Below are positions 59,399 through 64,000 of a DNA stretch of 64,000 bases, one piece after another; the stretch's first letter is position 1, and each line of letters opens with the position of its first letter. Made by a program: the position numbers and the translations under genes. This stretch comes from Schmidtea polychroa (lineage: Eukaryota): assembly GCA_044892525.1 (NCBI GenBank), contig CM097888.1, forward strand, positions 62,868,001 to 62,932,000, given 5' to 3'. Under the pieces are notes generated by a model. The model saw nothing but the letters and a program-made list of their open reading frames with translations. It was not told the DNA's origin and did no database searches.

Positions 59399-61779
59399 TA
59401 AAATTATTGGAGAAGAGTTGAAGAAAAGAATTAATTGAATAATAAAACGAAAAGTTATTTGATTATTTGAATAAAGTTTGGAAGAAAGTCAAACAAAATA
59501 ACCAGCTCAAAATCACAGTTTAGAAACCAATCAGTAATTTGTGATCTTTTAATCCGGTGTTATACACAAGTACTATTCCTCACCGAGTGTTGGATTAAGC
59601 ATTGTATAGTCACCAAGCAGAGTGTTGAAGTTATTGTCAGTGTCAAGTGAAAGTTTGATGTGGGTATATCAAATATAATAATAATACAACAAAAATAAAA
59701 CCCTTACTTCTCTAAAGTTCTGCATAGAATTAAATTGTGACTGAAATACGTCGGTATATATACCCTATTTTTGGTGTGCGAGTATGTGTGCGTGAATTGA
59801 TTCAGTAAAACAAATTTGAATTATTTTAATTCTACTCAATTTTGAATCTTAATTTTTATCAGTTTTGATGGCGATTTTTCGTAATTTACTATTTATTTTG
59901 TTTTCTAATTTTCTAATTTTAGTTATTTTTACTCAATTTGGCCGCCATGATGGATATGGTCGTTTTCTAGAATATTCTATGTTGTTTTTAGAGATTTTAT
60001 TATATAATTTTCATTCCTTTTAATTCTTATGTTGTTACATTTTGTTTTTTGCTAATTTAGTTATTAAATTTTTATCTTTTAGTTAACTTTAATCAATTAC
60101 TTTACGCCATGACGGATTTCGTCATTTTATAGAATATTCTAGTTTTCTGTTCATTTCTATTGTAATTTTTTTATTCATAATTCCTTTTTTGATGTTATTT
60201 TGTGGAANNNNNNNNNNNNNNNNNNNNNNNNNNNNNNNNNNNNNNNNNNNNNNNNNNNNNNNNNNNNNNNNNNNNNNNNNNNNNNNNNNNNNNNNNNNNN
60301 NNNNNNNNNNNNNNNNNNNNNNNNNNNNNNNNNNNNNNNNNNNNNNNNNNNNNNNNNNNNNNNNNNATACTGTGAAAAATCTGAGCCAAATTCTTTTCAA
60401 TACTCAGTAAAAATTCTATTGTTCCTTGTTTAAATGATAAAACTTTAATAAAATTAATTTCCGGTTGAATATAAATATAGTGAAAATTTATTGTGTTCAA
60501 CTTAGGCAAATTTAATTATAAAATGAAATTAAGATTTATTAAACGCTATAAGATGTATTTAAAATATTATTACATATTCGTATGTTTGTGGTATGTCGAA
60601 ATTGTATAATTACGTTGCTCGGAATATTATTTATAATTATTTAAATTCTCCACATACATTATATTGGAAAATTGTTAGTTTTCAATATATTTTTTGGAAA
60701 TGTCTTATAAATAAAGTATAATCTTTTTCTAATATGGCGACCACGTTGATGCTGCAATTTTTTCGATCACCTGAAACATTTGAAGTTTGTGATGATGTAG
60801 AAGAATTTGTAAACGAAGCAGTCATATTTTTAGAACTAAAAAATAGGAATCAAAAATACCTTTAAAAACATCAAATTTGGAAAGAGATTTCAATACTGTT
60901 TTATTTTATCTGATTATTGGATTTTTACAGAAAATCGAAAAAGTAGCAAAAAATATTTTTGTTGGGAAAATGTGTAAAAGCACAAATTAAAATGGAAGTA
61001 GAATAAAAATCAATAAAAACACCGAAATAACAAAAGTGCAAAAAATTAATTAAAAATTAATAAAAGGAAAAAAGTAGTATCAGCGGGGTAAATGGGTATG
61101 GTTAAACACAAAATAATGAGACTAATTCAGAAACAATAATTAAAACTTAGTGAATGGTCCCCAAGGAAAGTTATAATAAAATAACAAATTTACTAAATAT
61201 TAGTTAATCGCAATTCGAGTCAATTGGGAACTCGAGCAATGAGGAAAACTCGGAGCGCACTAAGACCCGACTAATTGGGAAGTGAATGACTTGACTGAGC
61301 GGCCGTCTAAGAAGAAAATTAGCGGGATAAAAAATAATCCATCCAATAAGATTGAATTAACAAATAACCAACGCGTAAGAAGAATGTCAGTAATTCCCAC
61401 AAAGATTAAAATAACGGTGAGATAAATATCGGTAATCCCCTTTAATGTGATATTGACAATGTCGTTTAGAAAACTTTAAAAGGAAAGCTGACCAGAGTTT
61501 CCAGTTGGTCGAAGAAACAAAGTTAGCAAGAAACTACAAATCAAGAGATTCCAAGAGAACCTAACTCAAGTAAATCTAGAGAAAAATTATAACTTATCGT
61601 ATCAGAAAGGTGATTATCCTTTGGGCAACCTATCTTACGATAACAATTGTCTAAGAATAAAAGGTGCAAATCAAGTGACTATTTGTAATTGTGATACAGT
61701 TCGAATAAAGTTGTTCTGTGTTGGATTTCTGTTATTTGATTGGAAAAGGACACGAGGAGTCAGAAACTACCCAACTTGT

Positions 61780-62280
61780 TAAATATTAACCCAACATTTT
61801 TATTATTATATTCAGCACCAGTTTTAATATATCCAGATTTCAAAAAGCCGTTTATGTTAGACACAAAAACTAAATGTGAATAGGGCGGTTCTCTCACAAT
61901 TCCACTATGATGGCAATGAGAAAGTTATCTATTATGAATCACATTCTATGAGTAAATATAAACTTTGATACTACATTACACGTAAAGAACTGTCACCAAT
62001 CACTTTATACACTATCTGTATGGAAAAAGATTTAAATTGAGAACAGATCATAAGGCAATAACTTTAATGATAAAAACCAAAATACATTTAACAACTTTAT
62101 TTCAGACATTAATCAACTACCTTAGCGGCTTAGATATTGATATGCAATACAAGAAAGGTGAAAGTCATTCTAATACAGATGTCATTTCAAGAAGAGTGCA
62201 CATCATGCATACGGTGCCAAATGATCTACCCAAACCCAAAAGTTGGAAAACTGAAAACCAAAATTTTGACTTTGATGACA
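61780..62280 (+). mobile_element. Gypsy RNase H remnant
   Basis: Broken frames give KPFMLD, AVLSQ, EKVIYY.SH, YITRKEL, YGKRFKLRTDHKAIT. Confidence 0.85.
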
Positions 62281-62427
62281 AATGATAGTGAAAACCAAAT
62301 GTGGGCAGTGACGATAAATATAAAATAAGAAAAATAAAATAAAAAAGAATTCAAACAATTAAATGATAAAATAATATATTTAATACAAATAAAAAAAAAT
62401 TTCGACTATGACAATGACTATCGTGGT

Positions 62428-63155
62428 CACTGGCGGATCCTGACCATCTAGTAGGGAGGCGATTTTTAGGCTTTAGTGGGAACCGCAGGCAAGCCCACAA
62501 ATCGTAAAACTTGTTTACCTTTTTTCTTTAAGACTCATTATTGAGACTCATTATTATTGATTATAGCAACAATCTATAATATTTTTTATTATAAACTGAT
62601 ATTGAATTAATAATACACAATTATTTAAAAATTTTAATTTTATAAATAATTTGTATTTACTATTTATTATATTTTTAACTAACACAGCATGGTGTTTGAA
62701 AACGGTAGTAAATTAGGTCCATTGAGTAATATGAATTTTAATTAAGTTGTGGGATGCGTATTTTAAATCGGACTATTGGACTATATATGACGTCATTTTA
62801 TAGTTACATTACATAGATCAAGACAGTAGAAGAATGATACTCAAACTTTAGGCCTCAGATTTTGTGTTATAAATTATTAAAATAATCAACAAATCAAGGT
62901 TTTATGTACGTTACTCGTCTAATAACTAAACTCTCTACTCTTCATCAAATGATTGTATTTCAAATTTCAATATTTATAAATTACTTCAAAATATAATTTA
63001 CAACAGTGTATATCTGCATTAAAATTTGAACATTTTTGTTGACATTTCATACTTTCTTTATAAAGGGCTGCAAAAGAAATCGCTAAAGAAATTTCTTTTC
63101 AAATAATATAAGGGGGCGATCGCCCCATCACACCCCCCATGTGGATCCGCCACTG
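62428..63155. mobile_element. MITE-like element with hAT-style 13-bp TIRs, TSD not evident
   Basis: CACTGGCGGATCC vs GGATCCGCCACTG (1 mismatch). Confidence 0.55.
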
Positions 63156-64000
63156 ATTGAATTCGAAAATCTTTTCATTTGCATTAAATATATTATTTGC
63201 AGCAAAAATCTTTAATTATCATTTAAATGTTTTAAATTTAATTAATGCTGCTACCAAGAAATCATCACTTTATACTTTAAAAATGAATTCAGAAATAAAT
63301 AACAATTTATCTGAATTCTTTAACTACTAATAGGTGTGTATTGCCAGTTTAAAATTTCACATAAATAAATGCGCACATAGCGTCACAAAGAATTAGTTGG
63401 CGGGACATATAAAATAGTACATTCGTTTGCATTGAATAAACGCATCTATAATGTAAAAATAAAATCAATACGTGTATATTATATTAACATACAAACTTAC
63501 CCGTGTGTTGATCTTTAGCATTGCAATGAATAAACGCACTATAATAAATCATTTATAGACATTTTTAGAAATTTTAAGAAAAAAATGACCGATAAAATTT
63601 TGACGAAAATTCCGAAAACTCAACTTTGAGTTGTATAAATAATATATTTCGTAAGATTTATCTTCAATTTTTAATAAATTTAATATTAGTTTTTTTTAAT
63701 AAAACATGAGAAAATTCGATTAATTAAAAATGTTTATTTATATTTAAAAATATATCTGACTTACATTATATTGAAATAATTCCAAATAACTTCATAAAAT
63801 TTCATAAAAATCCAAAAAAAAATCCTGAAAAATTAATTAAAAATAATTTATAATAAAAAATGTTGATAAAAAGTATCATTTAAGAGCTTGAATAATGATC
63901 TCATATCTATATGGATCAAAATTCAAACCTTAAATTTTACTTTAAATAAAAAAAAATTACTTGAAAGCCATTAAGTTAAAAATAAAAAAAAAATAAAATA

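Overview
AT-rich eukaryotic (probably invertebrate; inference) nuclear scaffold with several N gaps, dominated by transposable elements. Host genes: an intronless GNB1L/Asa1-like WD40 gene (5834-6784 +), a 9-exon cathepsin F with an N-terminal cystatin domain (11763-25223 +), and an eroded spliced coiled-coil gene (about 31500-38350 -). The main feature is a full-length 14,683-bp Polinton/Maverick (39129-53811) with AGTAGT...ACTACT ends, a CTGCTG 6-bp TSD and about 0.85-0.9 kb TIRs. It encodes pPolB, double-jelly-roll major capsid, penton, adenain protease, A32-type ATPase, a pX-like core protein, a fibre-like protein, a late-domain membrane protein, and an integrase with a PLA2 domain in frame at its N-terminus. 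The most novel signal is four distinct 73-74 nt tRNA-sized Pol III cassettes (A box, B box 43-44 nt downstream, paired ends, T-rich tail) in the non-coding right arm and TIRs, six copies in total, facing the termini. They resemble adenovirus VA RNAs or MHV68 tRNA-like RNAs, but no expression evidence is visible here. Also present: two near-identical young piggyBacs (one nested in an older piggyBac), a near-intact hAT, many MITEs with TSDs, Gypsy debris and an orphan small-ORF family in two diverged copies. All alignments and counts were done by eye; no searches were run.
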